A stretch of 58,829 bases of DNA, the filler included, from Diploschistes diacapsis (taxonomy: Eukaryota), in the NCBI GenBank assembly GCA_023645945.1. It is 4 parts of 4 records of this genome, joined end to end, with 100 filler letters (N's around TTAATTAATTAA, not from the genome) between each part and the next. Parts side by side here need not be neighbours in the genome. Positions count along the whole stretch, not along the records: positions 1 to 31,925 come from JALAIB010000110.1; positions 32,026 to 40,907 come from JALAIB010001103.1; 2 more parts are not named here. The stretch is one strand, 5' to 3'. Shown here in pieces: positions 23,420 through 34,331 of this stretch (positions are counted from its first letter, which is position 1; each line of letters begins with the position of its first letter). Under the pieces are notes generated by a model. It made no database searches, was not told the origin of the DNA, and saw only the letters and a program-made list of their open reading frames with translations. Made by a program: the position numbers and the translations under genes.

Positions 23420-25520
23420 TAAAATGGTGCCGACTATAGCCTGGGAAAGAAGCGCACGAGAAATACGACCTGTCCATGGACCAGCTTTCTGACTTCCTGT
23501 TTACTAAAGAAACTATACGAAGAAGAGATCGAATCCTGCAGATATTGCAGGCGGAGAAAGTCTTCGACAAATCGCAGAATTATTTCCAGGGTCGGGTCGC
23601 CAGATTTCAAACCGCTCTTGCTCGAGCTAAGCGGTTGCGGCAGCTATGTAGGAAGCACAACTTCAACCAGGAGGACCTTAAGACCGCTACTGACCTTATC
23701 GGTGAGCCCGGCCCCCTATGGCTTGCACGCTTCCATGTTCTTAGCGACCCTGCGTGATCAGGGTACTGCCGAGCAGCACAAGCTCTTCTTGCATAAAGCC
23801 GAGAACTACGAGATCATTGGTTGTTACGCACAAACCGAGCTAGGTCATGGATCGAATGTTCGAGGCCTAGAGACTACTGCAACTTGGAATGCCGATGACA
23901 AGACGTTTACTATCATCCCATCGCACCCAACGGCTGCGAAGTGGTGGATCGGCTCGCTTGGCCGAACTGCGAATCACGCCGTAGTGATGGCTCAATTAAT
24001 GATCAATGGAAAGAACCACGGGCCTCATCCGTTCATTGTGCAGATTCGCGACTTGCACACGCACCAACCGCTGGAGAACATTCACGTGGGAGACATGGGG
24101 CCCGATTTGGGATACAAACCATGAACAATGGTTTCTACTTTTCAATAACATCAAAATTCTACGTGTGAATATGCTGTCCAAATTCTTCGTGTTGACCCTA
24201 GCACAAGCAAGTACATCCGGCCCGCTTCTGCATCTCTTGTTTATGGTACCTTGAACTATGTTCGATCTCATGTCGTCCTCGAATCTGGGTTCGTTCTAGC
24301 TAGAGGGTGACCATAGCCACTCGGTACTGTGCCGTCCGCGGACAGTTTCAAAATAGGGATGCCAAAGAACGGGAGACCAGCGAGAGCCAGGTGCTAAACT
24401 ACACCACGGTGCAGACTAGACTCTTCCCTCTACGTGCCGCTACCTTTGCGTTTCATTTTACCGGAAAGGCCATGATGGCGTTATACGATGAGAGCCACCA
24501 GAAGATGTCTGGTACTGCGGGCCATATCTCGAACACGAATCCCGGTGCTAGACCGGAAGAGCTAGACCCTGTGACAGACTTGCTTGCGGATCTGCACGCT
24601 ACCTCTTTGCGGTCTGAAGGCCCTGACTGGCATGCCGGCTGATGAGGGCCTGGAGGTCTGTCGAAGAGCCTGCGGAGGGCACGGCTACAGTGGCTTCAGC
24701 GGAGTGGGCAGCTTCTTATTAGATTATATTCCCACGGTCACGTGGGAAGGCGACAACTTTGTCATATGTCAGCAAGTCGCATGATATGTAAGCTTAAGAT
24801 TTACTCAAGTACCTTGACTGATTTCAGCAGCTCCTGAAATCAGCTCGTTCTGTGATCCAAGGGAAAACCTCAAACAATGACGTTATCAGGATACTCAAAA
24901 CTTCGTCCAGCGGCATGATATGGGAGCTGCATTCGACATTCTTGGCCGAGACGAAGACATTATGGCGGCGTTTGCCTGGAGAACGGCATTCTTGACATTC
25001 GAGACACTGAAGCATCGGGACCAAGAGAAGCAATCATGGAACAGCCTTTTCGTAGACCTTTATCGCCTAAGCACGGCACACTCTCAATACCTAGTCGTTG
25101 AGAAATTTCACGCAGCGCTTCGGAAGCCATCGATCTCGGTCGAGCTGGACCAAGGCACCATTGCCCCGGTGCACAAGCTCTTCCAACTCTACGCCTTGCA
25201 CACTTTGGAACGTGAGCCAGCAAGTTCTTCTCATCCAGCGCCGTCGCTGTCAGGCAGATCCAGCTGGCCAGGACGAAGACGGTCTTGAAGCTATTGGCAG
25301 ATATCGGGCCGCATGCCATAAGGCTCGTGGATGCTTGGAGGTTTCCTGACTAACAGCTGGACAGCAGTCTCGGCAGGTTCGATGGGAAGTTTACAAAGAT
25401 CTCTTTTACAGGGCGAGCGAATTGAATCCTCTGGCCGAATTGACGGTTGACCCGTACGAACCCGGAGGTTCTAGTCAAGCAGGAGGAGAGAAGCAAGGAC
25501 TGGAAGCAAGCGGTAAGAAG
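23420..25520 (+). pseudogene. Peroxisomal acyl-CoA oxidase pseudogene
   Basis: GCYAQTELGHGSNVRGLETTAT, KWWIGSLG, CRRACGGHGY and TWEGDN motifs, with multiple frameshifts and premature stops (e.g. TGA ~24782, TAA ~25351). Confidence 0.88.
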
Positions 25521-25612
25521 CTGTGCTTGAGGCGATGTCCTAACTTTCTACAAGGTTCTATTAATTACAAGAGGCTGTATATATTGCATAATCCGATTGC
25601 GCACAAGCTACG

Positions 25613-26400
25613 CTACATTCCGGAGGAGCCCGGATGATGCGAAGGATCTTGTGGTCGCTGAATCATTGTCTTTGCTGTATTATTCTTTCGAAAGGAAACG
25701 GCAAGAAGCCGTTCTGCTACTCGCCAAGAAACACATCCTTTTTCCACTAAGAAACAACCAGATTTAGCAGTGCAGTTCTTTTTTATAATATTAACTATTA
25801 TTTTCGAGGCAATACCGACAAGGGAGGCGCACTCCCTCCCCTCCCTTTTAATCTCCTTGACCCTATCTTTTTGTAGTTGAAAGAATCCGGTCCTTTTTCT
25901 TCTCAATACATGGCCAAGAACGCTGAACATGGCAGTTCCCTCGCGAGTATACCTTACCAAAAGGTTTCTTTCCCGTCATCTAGCGCGAAGACAACGAATT
26001 TCTTCATTCCAGCCGGCACCATCAACCTGCAAATTCACGTCTTCCAGCAAGCCATGCCATTGCCCTCGCGCCTGTTCTCTGTACACTGTCTTTAGAAGTT
26101 ACAAAAGAGCCATCCGTATCCGATCAAGAAGCCACTGGCGACGTCGTTTTCCAGGCTTATACTCACACTCTCCCCTGATTACGTCCAAACCCCCCCCCAA
26201 AAAAAAAGCGACACGTGGGTTTTTTCTTCTTGCTTCCTTCCCTCTCTCGCTTCAGAATCCAGCCTGCCAAAGCAAACATGAGCCATCTGCCGAAAACAAT
26301 AAAATTTTTTACAAGACCCCGGCGATTCCTTTTCTTCTCGCGCGTTGCCCCCCGGTACTGCACAATATCACTCCCTCCCTTTTCTTATAACAAACCTTGT
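25613..26400 (-). pseudogene. Degenerate coding relic of unknown family
   Basis: One minus-strand frame reads protein-like over ~190 codons with two stops and a K/N excess. The sequence is homopolymer-rich. Confidence 0.25.
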
Positions 26401-27804
26401 ATCTGCAAACACGCTTCTTCGTCTTGTTCTGCTCTCCCCCGCAAAAAAAAAAAGGGGTTCCTCTTTCCCCCCCCCCCCGGCTCGGATATAGTACCGGTGG
26501 CGAGAAACGACCCCAGAGGCTGAGCGAGGGAGGCCCAGGGGTGTTAGGGGAAAAAGGGGGGCGCTGAGGAGAGGAGCGAATGCGCGTCCAAAGCACTCAA
26601 CACAACACAACACACTCCTCCGCTGCCTCTGGCTTCGCTGCGCCGGTCACGCCCCGCCGTTATCCCTCGGTCCCTTGCAGTAGGGGGATATGAGTGGGAT
26701 GAGCAGAGGGAAAGGAAGAGGACGCTTGTTTCTAGCGAACTTACTTTTGACGGGGATGGAGCGGCGGTGGAGAATGGCGAGGGGAGGACACGTGAGCGAG
26801 AAGGGAGTAATAAAAAAAAAAGGGATGTGCTTTTGGGCAATGGGGGTGAGTTAACGCGCGCATGCCACGTCTGGATCTTCTTGACCGGCGTTGATTTTTT
26901 TTTTCTCGTACACTATCTATCTATCTGTTTATCGTATATGGAGATTGTGAGTCTTGCGCTGGTATCAGGGTCGCTGGGCTGCCGGTGCGGGTTGCCGCAT
27001 CCGCTGTGCTCGATGGGGGTATGCTCCTGGCTGCCTCTGGATGGGATAAGACCAGGTCTTGGGAGCAATGCGAGGGGGGCAGACTAGCAATTTTCCAAAA
27101 CAGTTCTTTATTTTCGACTCTTCATTGTAGTTGACCTTGGTAATTGGCCGGTCTTGTAAACAGCAACTATCGATAGCGTGGACGTATTAGCGTTCTGCCT
27201 TGGGAGATCGAGATGCCATAGTGCTTTCGGGGCTGCCTGTGTGTAGAGGAAGAATAGTAGAATGGGTGGATTGGATTGGTCCAGCAGGTTGGGGAGAGTG
27301 CCCTGACTATAGAGTTCTAGGCGGCAGATGCCATAGCGAGCTTTTTTGTTTCTTTTTCGTTTACGGTAGCAAGTTTGAAAATGCTGCTTTGTACGTCTAT
27401 GCCTAGCTTTATCGTTAGAACTCTTGCACCTGGTAGTAAGCGCCTGTGCAGGACTCACCAGTAACTTGGCCACTAAGCGACGCGACTCGGCGCTTCAGAA
27501 CCTCGGCGACCTAGCAACTCAGCACCAGCTATAGCCCAGCACAAGCAAGTCAAGCCCAAGCACAAGCTAGACGAGCTCCCTCAGTCTCAGCTCCAGCACC
27601 GTGATTGCCAGCCACCAACATCACAGCGGCAGAACCCCTGCATGATAGTTCCCCTTCACCTCCCTCTCCACCCTATTCTTTTCACTTCACCTAATATCTT
27701 CTTCCTAGCCTTCTCTTCACTTCCATGAGGATTGCCGGTCTGCGTTCCTTCGCTGCTCCCATCTGACTCTGGTGGTAAAGTTGAAGCAAGCGCCCCTACG
27801 TCCC

Positions 27805-29108
27805 TCAAGCACCCGTATCCCCTCTTCCTTCACCAGCTCCTTCGCCACCGCGGACGCCGCTTGTCCCGCCCTCGAGCGCGACCGGGATGCGGACGAGGGT
27901 CTGCGGTAGCTGCGGCGTTGATGCTTCCTCGGCTTGTTTGCGCGCGGGTTCGGGTTCGGCTTGTGAAGTTTCTGCTGTTGGCGGTGGAGGTGGCGGGATT
28001 TTGGCTGTTACGGGGGTTAGCTGTGTTGCTCGATGCTGGCGGAGCGGGAGAAGTGAGTTGAAGGAAGATGAAGTGGGGAAGGATGCCAGGAGAGAAGAGG
28101 GAAGGACAGAGCAGGAGAGGAGTTGTGGGGCGAAAAGGAGAGGAGGTGGCATGAGAGCGGAAAGGACAGGTTGGAGGGCGCGATATGGTAGGTGGGGAAT
28201 ACGTACTAGAGGCCATGCTGATAGCGCGCAGGACGTTGTGCCAGTTTGCGAGGACGGCGGCGACGGCTGGATTGGGGATGGTGCATTAGCGAGTGATTGC
28301 AAAATAGATGCGCTAGAAAATCGAAAGCGAGAAAGCAATGTCGGGGGCATTTAGAGAGTGGGAAAGAAGACAGAGGGGAAGACGGGAAAAGGAGTCCCAA
28401 AAATTGCACCCTCATCTCTTCGATGATTCGACTTGTGAAAGGAAGGAGAGGCACAGAGTGATACCGGGACAATGCGAAGAGGACAGAATAGAACGCGAGA
28501 TGGCACCCCGCTTCCGTGGAGCAGCAAGTGCAGACCACGTATTCCCGATTACCATCCTCCCGGGCTGCCCGCCACTCCCAATCCTCCACTCCACACTCCC
28601 ATCACTTCCTCCTCCTCTTCCCTCTCCGTCTCCAATACATCACCCCCAAGCCTCCACAAATCGACCCCCTCTCCGTCCCATCCCCAACCCCACCCTCTCT
28701 CATCAAATCATCAACGCACCACCTGAGCACTCCAAACACTTACCCCTCCGAAAACAAAAAAACAAAAACCAATATACGTCGCAAAACCAGCAGATATCCT
28801 TTCTCAGAAAGAAAATAAAACCCACCCTCTGTCCCATTCCCCAGCACCTCCAGCCTCCCCTTCAACCTCTCCATCTGCCCCGCCAGCGCCGCGCTGAGGT
28901 CCCTCAGCTCCCGCAGGCGCTCCAGCTCGGCCTTCTTCTCCTTGATGCGCGCGACTAGTGCCGGCGAGGGACCTCCTGCTCCGGAGCTGCTGCCGGCAAA
29001 GGTGGAAGAGAGGGAGGAGGGGATGGAGGACTGACGGAGGTGCGAGGGGAGGGTGGAGAGGCGGGAGTTTGATGTTGATGATGGGTGGTGGGGGTTTAGG
29101 TGGGACAT
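27805..29108 (-). CDS. DAD2: DASH/Dam1 kinetochore complex subunit Dad2; exons 29108-28826, 28266-28207, 28004-27805
   Basis: LVARIKEKKAELERLRELRDLS...GNGTE|AVAAVLANWHNVLRAISMAS|...LPQTLVRIP signature, with in-frame splice sites. Confidence 0.9.
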
Positions 29109-29989
29109 GGTTGGATGAGGGTGTGGACGGGGTTTAGACGGGAGGCTGATGAGAGGATAGGAGACGGTGGAGGGGAGGTGAGGGGAGGAGCTTGATGAGT
29201 GCAAGTCGCTTGCAATACACAGGCTCAGAGTTTATTTACTTATCAAATATGGAATCATCACGCATGTGCAACATCCGTTGCCAAGCAATGCCAAGGTGCC
29301 AAGATGCCATGCTTTGTATGCGAACAAATTGTTTCGAATTGCTGTGATCTGATAGCATCGTCGTCCCTCAAATCCGAGAAGCGAGCGGCGATAACGCTTT
29401 GCTCCCATTCTGCAGTGTGGTGATTGGCGTCGTCCCCCTGTACTTATGAAGGACGACACCGCTCTCGCTCGTGATAACCTTGGAACAAAAATGTTTCTGT
29501 AACCCTTGCGATGAAGAGCATACCCCAGTCCTTCGGCCGTTTCACGCCACGTGCAGTAAGTACGGCCCTAACGACTTGGTCCTCCAGCTCATCCACGATT
29601 CGGTCCATCAGAGCCATAAGATACTGATGGACGCTATGGCAGCCCTATAGCTCAAGCCCTGGCATCAGGCGAAGCTTGAGCACATGCCACCAGCAGCCCG
29701 CCAAAGTTGAATAATATCCTCAACAGTATCTTCACTACCCGGCCCAATGTCGCACTGGCACGGCGCCGAAGACCAAAAAGTCCTCAATACGAGAGTGTGC
29801 TCAAATCCCAACTCTCCTATGTGCGGGCCATTCTGCGAGCTATTGCCAGCAAGGGCTTCGGATTGCACGAATTCGCGGATCGTTAGATTGCGAAGAACCC
29901 ATTTTCGGTCGTCGTGGAAAAACCTTGAAAAGTCATGTGGATTAAGGGACTGAGAAAAATATTCGCATGCAGCTTTTCCTGTACTTTTG

Positions 29990-31384
29990 CTAGCTATATC
30001 TTGACATTTCTGCTTCTGCCCCAACAGCAAACTGTATGCTGTTCCACCTTCTACTACTGTCGAGCCGGTGCTGCTCTGAGATAATCGATTCGCTATTCCT
30101 TGTTTCCAGTAAATTTCTCCAAGTGCTCCCGTTGGAGGAGCTCCCTTCTGTTACTGACCCCCCCTTGTACTCCGATTGAGATTCCTTCCCGGTCGTAAAC
30201 GATGCTATAGCTTCGTCAAAAGCATCAATAATAGCTTCGTACAGCTTTTCCGGTGGACCTGGCGGGGTACCAACGAACAATCCATTATTGTATGGAAACA
30301 ATAACTCTCTCATCTTCCTGCACAGTGGCTTAACACAATCGAACGCCAAGGGAAATTCATCCAGGACATCCTCAATTCCATTAGCATCCATCAAACCTCG
30401 TTTGCAGCGAGCAATTTGATCAAAAGAACCAGTATACCAATCGTTCAACACACTAAACTCGTGATTATTGGAGGCCCTGCATTGAAACCCTCTCTCTCTC
30501 ACGTGGCGAGCGCAGATCCAGAGAAGCACGTAGAAGAACGACTGAAGGTCATGCCGATAAGTATGAGCAACCTTTCGTAGTACCTCAATCGCCATAAACT
30601 GCATTGTGCCAGTCTGGTGCCGCGCGCCGCTCCGCCCGCTGCCGACTTCCTTGGCCAGGTCCATATCGATTAGCATTCCGGTGAAGCCATCTGCCTTTTC
30701 CGGATCTGTAATAATGATATTGTTTTCCGAAATATCTCGATGGAGTATTTTTCCCTTCAGGTACAAAGAGCGGTGCCCCTTGATCGAATCACTAAGCGCG
30801 GTCAACAGTTCTTCGATGGTTGAAAAGTCGTTGATGGCTCGTCCTGCTGGTGAGATGGCCAAACATCCAAACAAACGGTTGTCGAAATCCTCATCACCCG
30901 AATCGTATAGGCTAGTAGTCCCTACATGTTTGGGCTGAGTTGCCTTACGCTCCTGGTTCAATTTAGATTCTTGACTGCTCAACCTCGATCTTTTGTTCTG
31001 TGTGTTTTGATAATCAAAACATTTGCGCTTTTTTAATGGACCATCGGTGATGCTAAAAGGCCGCAAAGGTCCAAAGGACTGCGAAAGCTGTGACTGCGAG
31101 AGCGAACCGGAGGCGCTCGCTGTCTCATCTCGAAAGCGGTGTGCCGCTGGGAAGTTTAGCCCGCTGCGCAGTTCTTTGATGCTGGTTATTTGATGATGAC
31201 CGGGTAGGTTTGCAACACCTGTAACCCCTCTCTCGCGTGCCAGAATTAGGTATTTGGCTTCTGAGGGTCGCTTGTCGGAAGTCCAGGAGAATTTGACGAC
31301 GCTTGCCTGGTCGGCGGTTCGGTAGCAGGTTGTGCCCCGACAGACGATCTGCGGTCTTCCGGTGTAAGTTGTGCCATCGTTCAA
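29990..31384 (-). pseudogene. FunK1 (fungal-type) protein kinase, N-terminally truncated
   Basis: IVCRGTTCY, VVKFSW, LHRDISENNIII, LIDMDLA, TGTMQFMAIEVL and HTYRHDLQSFFYVLLW motifs. There is no ATG start or N-terminal region before the MITE fragment. Confidence 0.8.
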
Positions 31385-31458
31385 AGATGGTAATGGTATT
31401 ATGAGGAAAGAAACAGCGCGGTGTCATGTAATTTGATGGTCCGTCGCCGGACCGTATA

Positions 31459-31532
31459 ACGTGTTTCACCACGAAACGGAACACACCACGAAGAGGAACA
31501 CAATCCCTGCACCTTCGTAAAGTGTATTTCTT
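31459..31532 (-). mobile_element. Truncated third copy of the MITE (one TIR plus ~30 bp of internal sequence)
   Basis: TA + ACGTGTTTCACCACGAAACGGAACACACCACGAAGAGGAACA followed by CAATCCCTGCACCTTCGTAAAGTGTATTTCTT, the reverse complement of the right arm of copy 2. Confidence 0.85.
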
Positions 31533-31925
31533 ATGGGAACAGGCTTAGCTCAAGTTGAACCTGAGTCACTGTTATATTAGCGCACTAAAATCTAGCAAAG
31601 TGCAACCAATAGATTACCCCCAACCCAACCCTTATTCTTTATCTAAAGTCGCGCGCTAGGGCGGCAAGCTCTGGGGTAAATGCGACGCAGATTTCTGTAA
31701 GCTTTTGTTGCGAAGCTGGCGAGTCTCCTGGAAGGTTTGGTCCAACGCCATCACAATAGCCTTAGAGAGATCAAAACCGCTTCTACACTTTCATAAGCTC
31801 GTTGCTCGTGACAGATATATCGCTTGAAACCACCACTAGCAACACCAGCAACCCGACCCCTTTTTCCCCTTTCAACTCCCTCGAAGCAACCCCATTGAGT
31901 GCTCCTGCCCCTCTCAAAACCCCCC

Positions 31926-32025
31926 NNNNNNNNNNNNNNNNNNNNNNNNNNNNNNNNNNNNNNNNNNNNTTAATTAATTAANNNNNNNNNNNNNNNNNNN
32001 NNNNNNNNNNNNNNNNNNNNNNNNN
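31926..32025. other. Artificial contig linker (N44-TTAATTAATTAA-N44)
   Basis: Spacer with stops in all six frames, set inside N runs. Confidence 0.97.
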
Positions 32026-32346
32026 TGTTAGTATCCGTGTTAAAAAAATTTTTATTACGATATCCGTGTCCGTGCATTTATCGAAACATTTTAAATTATT
32101 TTTTTAATTTTAATAATTCTAGAATTATCACGTTTATTTCTTACGTTTTTATTTTTTTTAAAAAAATTTTATTATAATGTTTCGGTGGATTTACCGTAAT
32201 ATTTCAATAAATTTACGGAAATATAGTGTCCGTGTTAGTAGCCGTGTTTTAAAATTTTAACTGTAGTGTCCGTGTCAGGGTCCGTGTTTTGAAAACTTTT
32301 GCTGCAGTGTCCGTGTCAGTGACCGTGGCACGAAACGGCCAGCCTA
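32026..32346. mobile_element. DNA-transposon terminus (hAT-like) with subterminal CCGTGT repeats, AT-rich
   Basis: Many (T)CCGTGT repeats leading to ...GGCCAGCCTA (TAGG start on the minus strand). Confidence 0.45.
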
Positions 32347-32947
32347 TATCACACATTATTGAAGTAAGATAACGAAAAGCAAAAAAGGCGAGCCTAAGCG
32401 AAATAAAATAAGAAGCGCCTATATAAAATAAGAGAAGCGTATATAGGTTAGCGGGGTTCGAACATCACATGATCAGATAGGATTGATGCTATATAAGAAT
32501 AGGCATACAATATTTCTCGAATACTTTTAGTAAATGAGTTAGATGTTCGAAGGATTTTTGCCGTCGACTTGTTGTTGGGTACTGTATGTCAATCGATCAT
32601 TATTATTCAGAATGCCTATTACCAAATATACAGCAGGAAAGCACGATATTTCTACCAGTCAGCCAGAATGTCCTATTTGCATGGCAGATCCAAAGCCTCC
32701 AGCTCCTGTCAAGACTCAGCCTAAAGAAACGAAGCCCCCTAAAACTCCCCCCTGGCATCAGACATCCATAGATAGCCTCCCGATGAATCTCGAGAAAAAG
32801 AAATAAGTTAGATACATCTATTTTAATGCGTAGCAGTGACTAAATTTTCTTAGCTCTACGATTCTCAATCTTATCAAACTAGATCAATGGTGCAGGAAAT
32901 GACTGTGGACTTTATAACGCTTCAGAAGAGCTGCAATGGACCTGTAT

Positions 32948-33855
32948 TTAAATTATCATGTTTTGAGATTGTCTCCAGAATGCTATCATCTCATTAACTG
33001 TATTTTTGAACTTACTCCTTTTGATTTGCATACCTGATGGCATAGGGCTTTTGTAGAATGGAATCTCGTGTTCTTCGGGGTAGAGCCCGCTATACTCCCA
33101 ATTAAGAATCGCAACAATCTTGAGAGTCTTAGGATCTACCAGTATGTTATTTTGCGACAGGTCGCAATGACAGAAAACAAAGTCTTGACTAGATGACGTT
33201 TACTGGTCCCACTCGGAGAAATAATAGAAGTATATGATACTCGGAGGTGAAAGAATTCCTGTTGACCCGCCCGTAGATTTTGATCGAAGTTTTCGAAGAT
33301 CAGCAACAATGCTTCGTACTTTATGACGTGGGAAAATTAGCATAGAACAACAAAAAAAAGAATCGAGAGATTACACGTACTTTGAGGTAAAACTTTGGCC
33401 TGATCGTCTTCTTTAAGTTCGCACATTTCAACCCCTTCGACATGCTCCATCCAGAGATAGTAGGATCCATTCTCTTCATACGTATCCAAAATATTTGGTA
33501 CTAGAATGTTTGTTATTTCTTTTATAAACTTCATACAAACGGCTTCGTTCATCAATCTTTCGACGACCAATTTCGGGACAAATGGTTGACCGCTGCTAAG
33601 AAATTGGAATTCGTCTGGCCCCAAGCTTCTCTTAAGAACACGACCATTGTCGTCAAAGCGATACGCCTTCTCAGCTATCTTCGTCTCAAGATTTTGACGA
33701 GTGTCCGAAGTAGCATCAGTAGAAAATAAGCTTAAAGAATGTAGACCGAAAAAGATCAGCGTAACAAGATAAGTATAGACTGCTTTAGAGGTTTTGCTGA
33801 TCAAATTGATATACCATGCTGATAGAACATGCTCTTTCTGGCTTGCTTCGGACAT
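32948..33855 (-). pseudogene. Aminoglycoside-phosphotransferase (APH)-like kinase, disrupted; 1 intron
   Basis: NEAVCMKFI, MEHVEG, FCHCDLSQNNILVD and ILNWEYSG (DWE motif changed to NWE). In-frame TAA at 33200-33202. Confidence 0.8.
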
Positions 33856-34331
33856 TTTCCCTTGGTTTCCAAAAGATTTCTGGCTAGTATGAATCGAAGG
33901 TCCGAGATCAGTATAGGTCAAAGAAGCAGAAGAAATGATTTTGAGTGCCAAGACTAGACAAATGTTCCCAAAAGTGGCTTAGCTCCAGACAAACACGGTT
34001 ACGGCCGCACTCGACAACTAGATGTACGCTAGAAATGGAGGCGTGCAGCCAGAAAAAGGGGGAATGGTGTCCCTGACTTCCCGTAGATTGTCCTGGAAGT
34101 CATATAATAATCATGCAAGCATTGTCATGTGATTCGATCATTATCGCATTTCCTTTAATGTGAGGAGTGTGTATGATTTAAATTCATTTTAGAACAGCTT
34201 CTGATTGAAGGTTGAGCCTGACATGCTCTGTCACGTGTCTTTGCATCTGCCAGGCAGACGCAAAATCTTACTAAGCAAGCTACATTTCCTCAGTGGTCCG
34301 AACCAACCGCCGGTTGTTTTTGGAGACAGTG

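Noticed and set aside
31970..31981. TTAATTAATTAA palindrome recurring three times
   Set aside because: It always sits in the middle of N runs, so it is a synthetic assembly linker.
32450..32465. GGTTCGAAC B-box suggesting a tRNA
   Set aside because: No cloverleaf stems or A box. It lies in an AT-rich repeat relic.
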